Source of the DNA: Octopus vulgaris
Taxonomy: Eukaryota
Reading direction: 5' to 3'
Assembly (NCBI GenBank): GCA_951406725.2
Contig: OX597825.1
Coordinates: 2,170,001-2,234,000, forward strand
Length of the DNA stretch: 64,000 bases
A program made the position numbers and the translations under genes. Below, in pieces: positions 1 through 13,710 of the stretch. The notes beneath the pieces are model-generated. The model made no database searches and was not told the DNA's origin. It saw only the letters and a list, made by a program, of their open reading frames with translations. Each line of letters starts with the position of its first letter. Position 1 is the stretch's first letter.

Positions 1-117
1 TTCTTCATAGCTTCGAGCTAGCTTGGATGTAAAAAGGTTGTAGTTATAACTACTGACTGTGATGGGTAAAACAGCACACACATTATTCTTCGCATTTGTT
101 TTCAGGGGCATATAAAC

Positions 118-192
118 ATACATATGCACATGCGCATATATGAATGTGTGAATATATATATACACACACATATGTATATATACGTATATACG

Positions 193-230
<38 letters not shown>

Positions 231-262
231 TATATATATGTTAGTATGTATGTATACACCAC
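118..262. repeat. Compound (TA)n/(CA)n microsatellite
   Basis: Directly visible dinucleotide tracts; the ORFs here are YI/CV artefacts. Confidence 0.95.
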
Positions 263-3200
263 TGATCTGATGTTCTTGTAACAATGTGAAAAGGGCAAAG
301 CGTTACCGTAAAATATCAAACTGAGAGCGACTAGTAGTTATTATATGTCAATAATGAAATTTACGTTTATCAAAGACTGCAATAGCCAAGCAAAGAGTGG
401 ATTTATTCTGTTCGAGTAGCTTATTATCTATCACAACATAAAGTTCAGCAAAGCAAAATATTCTAGCAAATTTTCTCGATTTATATTTTGCATTCATTGA
501 CCCAGGAAGCGAGTAAAACTTGTACAAGGCATCAAATGTCAAATGAAAGTAATTTAGTTTTTGTATTTCATTTTTATTTTGTAAATGGGAAATATAACAT
601 AAACTATCCCTGAAAGAAAAAAATTTCTAAAAAGATTTACCCCCGCCATTAACTATAAAAGTGATGTCTAGAGATATTACATCAAAATATAAGTCATTTC
701 GAGAAAATAACACGACAAGCGATGCAATGATTTGCGGGTATTGTGTAACTGTAACAAACATACATGAGTTATTCATTATGCAGTGTGTTGTTATGAAAGT
801 CTTCGCAATCCGAAATTTTTGCTTATAAAAAGAAGAAAGACATATACAAATACACTTCTACCAGTGTGGTAATGAGCGTCAGCTGTGTGTGTGTGCGTGT
901 GTGCCGATGACGTAAACTTCATACGCAACTTAACGGTGCTCTAGATAACTTCTGAGATAGATTTTAATATATACAAAATGCACCTGGACCAACTACTAGT
1001 TTCGTTTCCATACGAAGCAACACCCGAAGAAGCACATTGTGAGACAAAGACGACACAATCACTCATTTACAAAGAAAAATTAAGTTTTATAGCAGATGTA
1101 CGATTTTCATAGGCGTTGCTCCAGCTTGAGCCCCAGCCCTCGAGCTGTAATACACAAGAACATAACAGAATTAATGAATACACACACACACACACACACA
1201 TATGTGTATATATACACACATACACTCGTGTGTGTGTGTGAGAGAGAGATGGTTGGCCGACAATGTAAAACGTCCCTCTGCCGATTTCTCGATAGAATAT
1301 TTCTCTATTTTGACATCGATTGAAAAGACTAAATGTAGCATATATAAACTAACAGCTGGCCAATATTTTATATTTAATATTTTATTTCGAACTTGCGAAA
1401 CTTCGATCAGCGGAATTACGGGGAGGAGAGCAGAATGTAATATTTGTGGCCTTTCTCTTTGCTTGATTACAATAAGGAGAAACTTGTTATTTCCTGTATG
1501 CTAAGCAATCAAAATTTAAGATCAATGGTTATTTGTACTTTAAACATTGTCTTCAGTCATAATTTGATATTCATTATTATTTACTTGGATATAATGATCA
1601 ACATTACATTTCATTTGTTTCTTTAAAAATCCAGGTAAAAGTGGAAAGGGCAGCAATCATGATATTTTCAGGTGTCTTGGATCCAGTCTGCACAAAATGA
1701 TGCGGTTGATGTTATCTGTAATCGTCTGTAGATGAGTCTCTGCGGGTCAAATGAAGAAGATGAGTGACGTCCTACAAGGACGTATTCTAAAGCGGAAGGA
1801 TGAATTATTGAGTACAGGATGGATGTCTGAGACATGTTCCAGGTGGCAAGAGCAAGAGATGGATTAGTAGTTCAGAGCTGCTTGTTGGCAGCAGAACCCG
1901 TGTTAATAACAATAAGTAGAATGTAAATTTGAAGTCTGTTTATGAATGAACATTTTGGCGAAATTTCCATCTAGTTTACATTTTTTGATCAACTTTTTCT
2001 AGAATTTCTTCTAACGAGAATAATATATTTTTGTTTCAAATCAGAAACTTTATATGAAATGTTTCCTATGAAAAGTTTTGATATCAGGTTTATCAAAGTT
2101 TTCTCATTAATAAGTTGGGTAATCTCTGACTCGTGTGGGACTTATCGTACTTGAGAGGCTACGAAGCCTAGTGTTATGTTAATCTGAATTCTGAAAATTT
2201 AGAAGTTAACGTAAAATGGAAAAATATAAGCGAGCGAAAAGCCGGATGTCAAGTATAATGGAAGTTTTCATTTACTTTTTAAAAAGTTGTGCATGGCGAA
2301 AATATGCATGGCAAGCACAATAGTTAAATTTAAATGGCTGTAGATTGTACATTCTGGAGAGCAAAGTTTGCTAGGCTGAAGAATAAAACTTGCAAGGTAT
2401 ATGGATACTCGTATGCTTCACCAGAGCAGGGGGAGACTTGCTAATTCATTAACTGATTAACCACAGGTTTCCTCAAATATCTCTACTGAGTGATTTTGTA
2501 TAGACATGATGGGAAAAGACTTTGATGGCGAAAAGCTCAATTTGTGTGCATTGTTAAGGCTTATACATTATTTTTGTCCTATAACATCCAGTATTAGCAA
2601 GGGGAATGACGGCATTATTTCGTGTCATTACTTTTCTTGATAAAGATTAGTAATTGATAGAATCTCTAGAAATTCTGTTATATTACTTTAAATATTTGGA
2701 AACCTCGTATTTCAACATGGCATTGTTGTTCGAGTAGGAAAAAGAAATACGCATTAATGTTCGGTAATAGCTTAAATTCCATATTTATCTTTTACGATAA
2801 TGTTGTAATTTAATAACATGTCGCTGGCGAAGATAAAGTAAAAATGGAAAAAAAAAAGGAAACTGGGAAGAAATACTGTTTCAAATCCCATAACAAATCC
2901 TCTCGGATAATGAGCTTAGGAGACTGGTGATAAAATTAAACTGCATCCCAGCTTGCCTAACATAACAATGGCTGAGTCAACAATATACGATAGTTCTAGA
3001 ACACGAACGTAAAGAAAACACGAGAAAAATATAAAAAACCTGAAAATGAGTAAAACAAACAGAAAAATAGTGATGAATATAAACATATTAAGCTTAACAG
3101 TTGAAGCAACGCGTTCACTAGACACATAACTAGAGCATAAAATAAACAATACTGTCGAGAGAAAATACCCCGGGGGAAGCATTCCGCATTCTAAATGGAG

Positions 3201-3471
3201 ATATATATAATATTGTCTGACACATATAATGTGTCGAAAAGCCTTGATCAACTGACAATAGACTAGCAATTTATATAGAATTCTCAGTCGGGATAAAATG
3301 CAAGGGAGATAATTCTCATATCATCAATTGGTCGAATTTCGGGCCAATTTAGACAATGTATAAAGGGATGGGTCCGCTCTTTCACCATTTATTGGAAAAC
3401 AACATATTTTATGAAAAAGTGAAGCTCGTCAGATGCAGATTTGGAATCACCCACATAAATGTGTACGCATA

Positions 3472-3495
3472 ATATATATACTCATACATACGTAC

Positions 3496-3546
<51 letters not shown>

Positions 3547-3612
3547 TGTGTGTGTACATGTTTGTGTACGTATGGATGTATATGTATATGTGTATATATA
3601 TATATATATATC
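3472..3612. repeat. Compound (TA)n/(TG)n microsatellite
   Basis: Directly visible. Confidence 0.95.
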
Positions 3613-4544
3613 AGAAATTGATGAGGGGTACAGAAGTTTTGTTTCCTCCTTGCATTCCACCCGTGAGCTTATTTCTTTAGAGATATCTAACAATCTAGTG
3701 TGAAAGATGTCCAAAACGCTTTAAAAAAATATATGGGTGGTATCAAACAGAAAATTGACTTCTCTTTCCCCCTAATATTAGTAATATTAGTAACGGAGGA
3801 TCAGCTCTCACGTTAGATTTTTAGAGATTATTGTAAGAGTATAAAAAAGATCATCTTTGGTGTGATGTTTGTAAACGCACGTTTATACTCTTGTGAAATT
3901 AGACAGGTTGTTAAAAAAAACAAATATGTCTCCCTGAGGCGGGGAGCGAACACCGACCTCACTTGTTTCGGTGATTGGTAACGCTTCATCAAAAATAGAA
4001 AAAGAAACATCTGTACTTGACAAAATGACTACAAATATTTGTACTACAAAAGCACGCTTACCATATTGTTGCACTTCGTTTTATCGAATACTTGTAAGGT
4101 AGTAGTTTATTAATAGGTTCTTTCGTTAAAACTATTCGATGCAAAGCCTTCTCTGTTTGGGGCCCAGCTCCGTTGGACACTGAATTCTAATGAGGCTAAG
4201 ATCAACCATCATCTTTCAATTCTTTTCGTGTCTACAAAGGAATAACCAGTTAATGGCTGTGTGATAGGTGAATTTTCAGAGTGTCAGACGTGATGCAGTA
4301 TAGTACAGGTCCCAGTTTGTTAGAGCTCTGAGCTTAAATTTCGCCTACGATCGTATGGAAAATGGGTACATCCCGTCAATAAAGCAATTGTGAAATTGGA
4401 TATAAAAACTCAACACCTGCATTCTTAATCACGCCATAACGTGTGCTGAGTGATTTATCGACAAACAACTGAATCATAAAAGATATATCTGGATTTACAA
4501 TAAATTCTATATATTAACAAAGTGCATGTGATAATTATTTGCAA

Positions 4545-4700
4545 GGTCAGTTTGATTAAGAAGTTATGACCAAAGATTTCCATCAGTGGTAACCCAGTGT
4601 TTTTATCTTATGTACTACTAAACCGCCTAACCTGTCTTTATCATTTAAACATGGTAAGAAGGATTATTAGATAGAGCGGAGATCAGACTGATTCTTCTGA
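4545..4700 (+). repeat. Degenerate copy of a ~180-bp interspersed repeat (family B in this report)
   Basis: ggtcagtttgattaagaagttatgaccaaag... aligns by eye with the copies at 19686 and 54092 (gtcag..gatc..tatgatcaa(a/t)ggc). Confidence 0.35.
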
Positions 4701-5550
4701 TTTACATCGACTAGTCATTCTATACTACCTTCCCAATTAAGCTATATCGAAATATTCAAAAGCCATAGGGTAACTTATCTGCAATATTTAAAGAGTATTC
4801 AAATTAAAAATAAGTTTGAAATTATCTATCAGAAGCTAATTATGCATATTCATCATAGATTTTCTTTAATAAAATAAAATAAAATAAGATAAAATGAATA
4901 AATAAATATATTCGAAATATTCTTTTCAATTTTCGGCAGAATGCAAACTTATTTTTACGAGATTCTGAAATAGTTTTATCAAATACATTTCCATATAATA
5001 CATTGATTGCATATTTGTAATAATACAGCTGAGTTGAAGTCACGCTTTCGATTCTGTTTCTATACACTGCTACTGTTTCTTTTGGGATCATTCTATTTGG
5101 CTTCTCCAATAATGGAGCAGAGAACACAGAAATCAATCAATATTTCAGGAGAAAAATAAGATTGATCGCTCGCTCGATAAAGAACTTAAATATAGTAAGC
5201 TATCTTTGAGAATTTATATGAAGAATATATATGGCAAATTTATTCATATGTATAATCAATAAAATATTTAGACAATTGACAGAATCATGTGGTAGGTGCA
5301 ACCATAGGTTTTATATTGATACCATATACGCATCCATTAATCATTGTACAAAATACCCATAACGGCAATAGAGAATGGAAATAACAAATGGAATTAGTAC
5401 AATTTTGGTTACAAAGCATGAAAAAATGCATTTGTTTTTTAGTGACGGTGACTGATGTTGTACAAAATTTTCACCAAACCCATTGGAAATATGGTCTGGT
5501 AATTTATTTTTGACAATGATAAATTGTAACGGAAATGATATATGCATATA

Positions 5551-6172
<622 letters not shown>

Positions 6173-6804
6173 GTAAATTAGACTACTTGACAAAAATCCG
6201 TTAGGACTCTGGTTAGAATATGGATTCATTTCACAAAGATATAGATTATACATTTGAAAGTCGACAGATGATTTTAAAAGAAAACCTCAATTCCTATGAT
6301 ACATCCGTCAAATTCACATACGGGTAATCGAATTAAAATTATTTTGGATAGAATTCTGTGCACACAAAATTCTCGATAGAGTTATGTAAAGAAACATTGC
6401 AAATAGGCTCCTCGAAAAATTTTAAAGAACGAATAAACCGATCTATTTCTAGATACAGGGCAAAGAAGAAACGAACTTTCTTTAGTTTGAGGATGTGTAA
6501 GTCTTCCGCATGTAGAACCCTAAATTTACTATAAAGAAGCCAGTCAGTTTAGTTAATTTGGAGACAGCATAATTGTAGATATTTATGCACTTTTAATAAG
6601 GCAATGTCAAACATTTTACAACAGATAAGATAACCATATCTATTCCGTATATACCCTTCCAGTGAGGTAGACGTGCTGTGCCCGCTCGAAACATTATGCA
6701 ATCAGTAGTTGGTAGGTGAGTGAAAAGGATATTGGATACTTACAATATCAAACAAGCGTATTGAGTGCTAACTGCGTTTGCTCACCTGTTTGTGTGTGTG
6801 TGTG

Positions 6805-6865
<61 letters not shown>

Positions 6866-6874
<9 letters not shown>

Positions 6875-6967
6875 TAAGGGTAGAAGTCAATATTTATCAA
6901 TTAAAACCAGTGGTCTAGCATATTAAAAAGAATCCGAAGATTAAAATATTTGAAGATTAAAATATTT

Positions 6968-7018
<51 letters not shown>

Positions 7019-7370
7019 GTATATATATAGATATACAAATATATATCTATACACACAAACATGTATATGCATATATATGTATATATGTATACACACACAT
7101 ATATATATATACATATATATACATGCACATATATGTAATACAAAATGGGACAACATCCAGGTAGACGATACAAAGAAAAGAAGAACGGGTCAATCGGAGT
7201 TTTCTTTCCTCAGTCGTGTTCCAGATTATCTTTGCAATTTTGGCTGGTTATACTCGAGATTACTCCAACATCGCCAGCCCTCAGGAAAAACTAAGCTAAG
7301 AGCATTAGATTCCTTTGAAGAAAGCAGCGAATGTATACGTAAACAAGGACGGAAAAAAACGGGGAATGAT
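6866..7370. mobile_element. Two non-microsatellite repeat-like units embedded in (TA)n; possibly Penelope-type terminal-repeat remnants
   Basis: Blocks 6866-6969 (with a 16-bp tandem duplication gaagattaaaatattt) and 7139-7370 are each bounded by (TA)n, the same setting as the units at 15716 and 39401. The family assignment is inference. Confidence 0.35.
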
Positions 7371-7485
7371 ATGTATATATACGTAAATGTATATTTATAG
7401 AGTTCTTTGTGGTAGAATCGCGCATTAGATCCTCGTAAAATGAGAGCTGAACACCGCATTGATGGATACAATTCCTTTATTTGTA

Positions 7486-7718
7486 TATTGAGGCTGTCAT
7501 TGCTTTCCTGTTAAGAAACATGTCTTAATATATTAACAATTCTTCAAGCCGACCACATGGAGGAATGGTTTTCATCTTCGTTTTTGATGAAAATACTGTC
7601 TCATTTGTGTTCTAGTCAAAAAATGGAGACGAACACAATTCTTCCATGTGATCGACTTGAAAAATTGTTCAGACATTAGGATCTTTTTCTTAACATGAAA
7701 AGAACGGTAGCCTTAATA
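7486..7718. mobile_element. Fold-back MITE-like element (~230 bp)
   Basis: Left arm tattgaggctgtcattgctttcctgttaagaaac...ttcaagccgaccacatggaggaat is the imperfect reverse complement of right arm attcttccatgtgatcgacttgaa...ttcttaacatgaaaagaacggtagccttaata. TA at both ends fits a Tc1/mariner-type target. Confidence 0.75.
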
Positions 7719-7754
<36 letters not shown>

Positions 7755-8112
7755 TACATACACATGTACAGGTGTATATGTATGTATGTATCTATCTATC
7801 AATGTTTGTGGATGTGTTTATATCTATCTACCTATAAATATGTATATATCTGGATGTCTAAGGTACTGCTACAAGAATTTCATTAAGAGATTTTATTATA
7901 TTGAAACTTCCTAACATAGACAGGTCCTGATTTTAAGGAACTCTCTTTAAACAATATGTGGGCGTGGATGTGCCTGTGTATGCATGCGTGTGCGTGTGAC
8001 TGTGTTTGCTATTGTGGTCATGTGTGTGTGTGCATGTGAATTAATATGGCAGCTTTTAAGAATTCGTGTATATATGTGTAAATGCGTGATCTTACCATAT
8101 AAATGTGTGTAT

Positions 8113-8149
<37 letters not shown>

Positions 8150-8187
8150 CGACCCCCCCATATGTATATATATATATATACGACCCC

Positions 8188-8227
<40 letters not shown>

Positions 8228-9077
8228 ATATGTATATATTGATAGAGAGGAATGCATGCAAAATGCCACATTTACATAGACCTATATGAATTATTACATA
8301 CTCCAAAATAGAAGAGAATCATCACAAAAATTCTCAACGCTTATATTCCATAGAAAACCAGTAAGGACTATTTAACTTGATTTCTTTATTATTTTCTCAA
8401 AATCTGAAATCTCTGTTCATTGCAAACTTTACAGTACGAAAGAAGGAAATTAAGAGGGCATCTATCATTTCTGTTATTCTCTGCACAATTATTCGTCAAC
8501 TAAAAAAATATACACACACTTACAAAAAAGCAAGAAAAAAATAAGAAAAGGAAAAGATGTGGTACGTTTAATGAAAAGAAGTCTTTGTGTTTGTTATCAG
8601 GCTTGTTAAGAACGACATCGTTTCTTACTCTCTGTTTTTTTATATCAGAATACAAATGAATATATCCGTAGACGATGAACTTGAGGGTTATCTGTAGACT
8701 TCGAAGAAATACTAAGAATGAAATAGTAAAATATTTGCAAGAATTAATTCAACTTCAATTCTCTATTATGTGATTATTTCAATGTCAGAATTATACTGAA
8801 ATCCACTCTATAGTATCCATATTATCAAGATGTCTCGAATTGTTTGTTTGTTTAAAAATTAGGTCTGCGCTAAATATTATGTGTACGCTAGTGCTCTGGA
8901 ATAAATGTTGCATTTCTTTCGATTTTACGATTTTAGGAGTTTAGGATTTGGTTCCACTCACATCTGTGCCTTTCATCATTTTCGCGGAACTTCTAAAGTC
9001 CAGGCCTTACACCATTATTAAAACGAAAGAATTACAGGTATGCCTATGTAAGGAAAATTTCCTTTCGTAAATTCCCA

Positions 9078-10152
9078 ATTATTTTATTGACTCGAAAGGA
9101 TGAAAGTCAGTGTCAGCCTCGACAGATTTTGAACTCATAAGGTAGAACCAGAGAGAAATACCGCTATGTTTTTTGCATACATCTTTTGTCAGACATGGTA
9201 ATATTTATGCCAGATCACTATCTCATTAAATTAGAAATGATGACTACAAGTTCGAATCCAGTGGTAAAATAAGCGACATCCATAATTAAGTCATATCTTG
9301 ACAATCGGAGATCAACATTTTGGCAACCTATGTATGAATTTAACATTGCTTCCAAATTTGGCCGGAGGCCAGCTATATTACATCAAACCCAGTGTATAAC
9401 TGGACACAATTTATTGACCTTAAAATGATGCTATCCAAAGTAGATCCCAGTGAAATGAATTTTTAACATTGATTTCTAAATAAGAGAAGAATTTAATCGA
9501 TAAAATACACACAGGCATGAAATGTAAAAGTGGACGGTTTTGATTGAACCTGAGAGCGTAAAGGTTGATTAAACGCAGGAAGGTCGTCTATACGACATTC
9601 TACAAGATTTAGAACTAACTACGAGTTTCAATTCTGAGCTCAATGCCATTAATTTAATGGACACAAAACGCAAAAACAGACGATATGCTTTTACGCGTGT
9701 TGCCCGGTTTGCTAAACGGTTCTGCAAGCTCGCCGCCCTTTTGTACGACTAAATACTGGTTTCAAAATTTGACACAAAACCAATAATTTCGGGGTTAGGC
9801 GCTTTGTTGATTACATCGACATCAGTCCCCAACAAATACTTATTTTATCGATGCGGGAAAGATGAACACAAAAGGTAAGGACTGACTAACGCCGGTAAAC
9901 ATTTTATCCGGCCGCAAAGGATTTTGCTAGCCTGTCGCCTTTGTTGAACTGAATATTGATTTCAAATTTTTGGACACGACCAGCAATTAGACGTGGGTAT
10001 CCTTAGACATCGATCCCGGGGTTCAATTATTTATCGATCTCAAAAGAATGAAATGCAAATCAGACCGCGGAAGAATTTGAATTTGGGATGTGAAGACGGG
10101 CGAAAAGCCGCGAAGCTTGGTCTTCTAACGATTCAGCCAGGTCGCCGCTTTT
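9078..10152 (-). mobile_element. Head-to-tail array of ~5-6 decayed tRNA-derived SINE copies (family A)
   Basis: Recurring tttcaaatt..g, ttattt(t)atcga..gaaag(g)atgaa and gccagctcgccgc motifs at about 9078, 9346, 9469, 9660, 9756 and 9956, all matching the better-preserved copy at 23582-23780. Confidence 0.8.
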
Positions 10153-10773
10153 ATAGAATTAAATAAGAAAAATGAGGTACATATTAAAAAAACAAAAAAA
10201 AAAAACAACACTTACAATATATATTTCATGACAGATATAACATTTAATCAGTTGTGTAATATTTCTGTAATACATTTCTACACGGCTACACATGTAATTA
10301 AGTATATGTTTGCTATCACATCGGCAAGTTCGGTGACAATACACTCGTACTGTAAAGTGAAAGTAAAATAAAACTAATCAATCGATAACGCATCGATTTT
10401 GTTTTAAACTACATCTTTTATATTAATTGGGCCGTAAATATGATCACAGTCAACAACAACTGTTTAGTTTATGGATACATTAAAACATATTCAAAACACA
10501 CACACATCAATATATATATACATATATATGTACACATACACATATATGTATGTATGTTTAAACATATGTGTGAGTATGGGTACTTAAATATATAAGTAGG
10601 CTAACGGTTGTTGAAGTAATCGCTCAGTATAACCCATAAAACATTAGTCTTATGGTGATTGGTGGGCAAAATTAGACACCGTTCGAAGTCCCTATCAGAA
10701 TCCCACCACTCTTCACTTACAAGTACAAAGTCTACGCAGAGTATTGACTACTAAATTACTTTGGGTCTTCACT

Positions 10774-10777
<4 letters not shown>

Positions 10778-10815
<38 letters not shown>

Positions 10816-10872
10816 ATCTATCTATCTGCCTATCTATCTATCTAACTGTCTGTCTGTCTGTGTATCTATCTA

Positions 10873-10935
<63 letters not shown>

Positions 10936-10976
10936 ATCTATCTATCTATCTACCTATTTACCTACCTATCTATCTG

Positions 10977-11016
<40 letters not shown>

Positions 11017-11080
11017 CCTATCTATCTATCTATCTATCTATTTATCTATCTATCTATCTACCTATCCATCCCTCCATCCA
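10778..11080. repeat. (TC)n plus (TATC)n microsatellite
   Basis: Directly visible. Confidence 0.95.
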
Positions 11081-11704
11081 TAAAGGAAGATAGGGACGTG
11101 TTGTGAGCAAAGGATCCACTGCTGTTGCTTGCTACATGTCAACTTTCTTACTTATATATTTTTATTTTCTGTACCTCGAGATAAGATATTGGATATAAAT
11201 TCACTAAACTGGGAAGACATCGGTTTGAATCATACTTATAGTCTTTTTATTTTGTGCATTTCTTTCCTATTTAATTCGTATGCAAACATACACATTTAAT
11301 ACACACACACACAGCCCCGCTTCCAAGTGTGTGAGCGTGTGCGTTTTTCTTATTTTCAAGAAACGTAGCTTATTAATATCAGAAAATAGATATTTCATTC
11401 GAAAATAACATATAATGTCCCTTCATACTTACCACAGCGCATGGCCTAAAGAATAAAATTATTGTTTTCTTAGAAATACTGTACAACAAACTTGCTTTTT
11501 TATTTTTATTTCGAACGAATTGAATCCTCAGTAGAAACGAAAGCATTGTATCGGATGAAATCTTGATACAGATTCAAGTATAAACTATTGATTCTATGCT
11601 TCAAGCGGATTTGCTGGTGACCATGCATTGGAATGCAGAAAATATATAAAAAGAATAACTATTTCTATCTGGCCTGCATATTATCAATGACTTCCTAGTG
11701 CATC

Positions 11705-11732
11705 ATATGTACATATACATACATATTTATAT

Positions 11733-11785
<53 letters not shown>

Positions 11786-11935
11786 CATAAATATATATAT
11801 ATATATATGTATATATACATGTATAGATATATACACATATATGTACATATAGAGAGAAATACACATTTATAAACATATGTATATATATATACGTCTATCT
11901 ATCTCTCTATATGTATATACGTCTATGTACCTATC

Positions 11936-11968
<33 letters not shown>

Positions 11969-12075
11969 GCTTGTGCGTGCGTGTGTGCGTGTGTGTACGA
12001 GTGATATGTCTGTAAATATGTTTGTCTGTGTGTGTGTGTTTGTGTGTGCGTGTGCGTGTGTATGTGAATGTATGC
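11705..12075. repeat. Compound (CA)n/(TA)n/(TG)n microsatellite
   Basis: Directly visible. Confidence 0.9.
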
Positions 12076-13589
12076 CTGATTTCATATATGACTATCTCCG
12101 CAGAAACTCGCACACATACACATACTCCCATATATCGAAGTTCATTGAAGTTGCTGTGGAGACATGGAGTAGGGATGTGATTTCCGGATTTCGGATTTGT
12201 TTTCGGTTTTGGAACTTTTACTGAAGTTACCTAATTAAAAACATAATTAATTGCATACAGAATTTAACCAACCGGTCATATTATGCTTTTCTCCACCGCT
12301 GTAAGTAAATCTTGAGGTTTTGCATGTTCTTCACAAGGGCTTGTGGTTGTGAATTCAAATTCTTGCATTTTTGGCGGCGCGTTCTTGTGCTTGAGCAATA
12401 ATCTTGACTTCAGTTTCAAATAATCTATTCGGCTTCTTTGAACTAGCCTTTATCCTTTCTGCTTTTCTATGTTACCTGTTTCACTGGAATAACGAAAAGG
12501 AAGACTAGAAACTGGCTCTATGTGTTTACACCTCCCTGGACATCAATTTGCATCAATTTGCGAAATTTGTGCGGGAGCTATAAGATATATTTACTCACGC
12601 ACACATACAAACTCACACACATACACATTCATACACACGCTCACACACACATACCCACACATACACATTCACACCCACATACACACACACATACATATAC
12701 AAGACATAACATACATGATGGTCATTACGTATTCTTTTACTGCAATAAATTCAACCTGCAACCTCTTCCTTTAGTCGTTATAGATCCGTTATTGATTATT
12801 TTACACGATCGGCCCATTGATCAGTTGAGAAAAACTGAACGACCAAGTGAAGTAATGCTAATTTTGCTTCGGGTGCTTATGAGTTTTTGAGAGTTTCAAG
12901 TTACCTCTTAGTCACCAGTACTTTCACGTCCGCTCAGGTGTGCTATGGTCGTATCTACCAAGGGACCAGTCCGTGGGTCGATTTGCAGGGGGGGGGGGCT
13001 TGTGGCTATGATATACGGGACTGAGAGAAATGCTCACCTGTAGACAGACTTATGTGTGTGTGGACATACCATGATATCATTTGTACCAGTTCTACTAGCC
13101 TAAGTGTGAAATAGTTCCTGCGTCTCAAGTCTAAGCTAAAGAAAGCACAAAATAAGCAGAATGATCGGTAAATAAAGTTCAGAGAGCAAGGGGTCACTTG
13201 ATGCACTTTTCTCACGAACTGTCACGGAATTTCAGACTTTGACGCCGATACTTGTAGACACGGCATATAAAGAAAGAGACAGAGAGAAAAAGAGAGAAAG
13301 TGGTACGAGAAAGGAAAGGGGGGGGGGGAAATTATTGGAAAGAGAAAATAGAAAAATTCTTGGCTCTTTGATAAAGAACTTCACAAGAATATCATTTTAT
13401 CTTCTGATTACAAACGGTAAGTCTTTCTCTGCTCCCGGTGCCAAGACGCGTAATTAGAATTAGATGTCTTTCGTATGTCCGGCCTTGAAACATTTGGTAC
13501 TAGTCTACTCTCTCTAGAATGGTACATTCTTTGGAGGGTAAGAAATAATGAGCAGGAAAAAATAGCATCGATGAGATTTGAATTTAGTG

Positions 13590-13624
13590 CAGAGAGAGAG
13601 AGAGAGAGAGAGAGAAGTGAGAGA

Positions 13625-13668
<44 letters not shown>

Positions 13669-13710
13669 AAGAGAGAGAAAGTGAGTAAGCGAGAGAGAAA
13701 AGAGAGAGAA
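13590..13710. repeat. (GA)n tract with a 12-bp higher-order unit gagagagagaaa
   Basis: Directly visible. Confidence 0.95.

Noticed and set aside
3421-3445. gaagctcgtc, matching the start of miR-993-3p as I recall it
   Set aside because: The rest of the mature sequence does not match and there is no complementary 5' arm upstream.
3955-3995. Hammerhead-like ttgatgaagcg...ccgaaacaagtgaggtc on the minus strand
   Set aside because: C3 is replaced without compensation, and stems I and II do not pair convincingly.
9240-9265. B-box-like gttcgaatcc suggesting a tRNA gene
   Set aside because: No cloverleaf or A-box at the proper spacing; it lies within the decayed SINE array.
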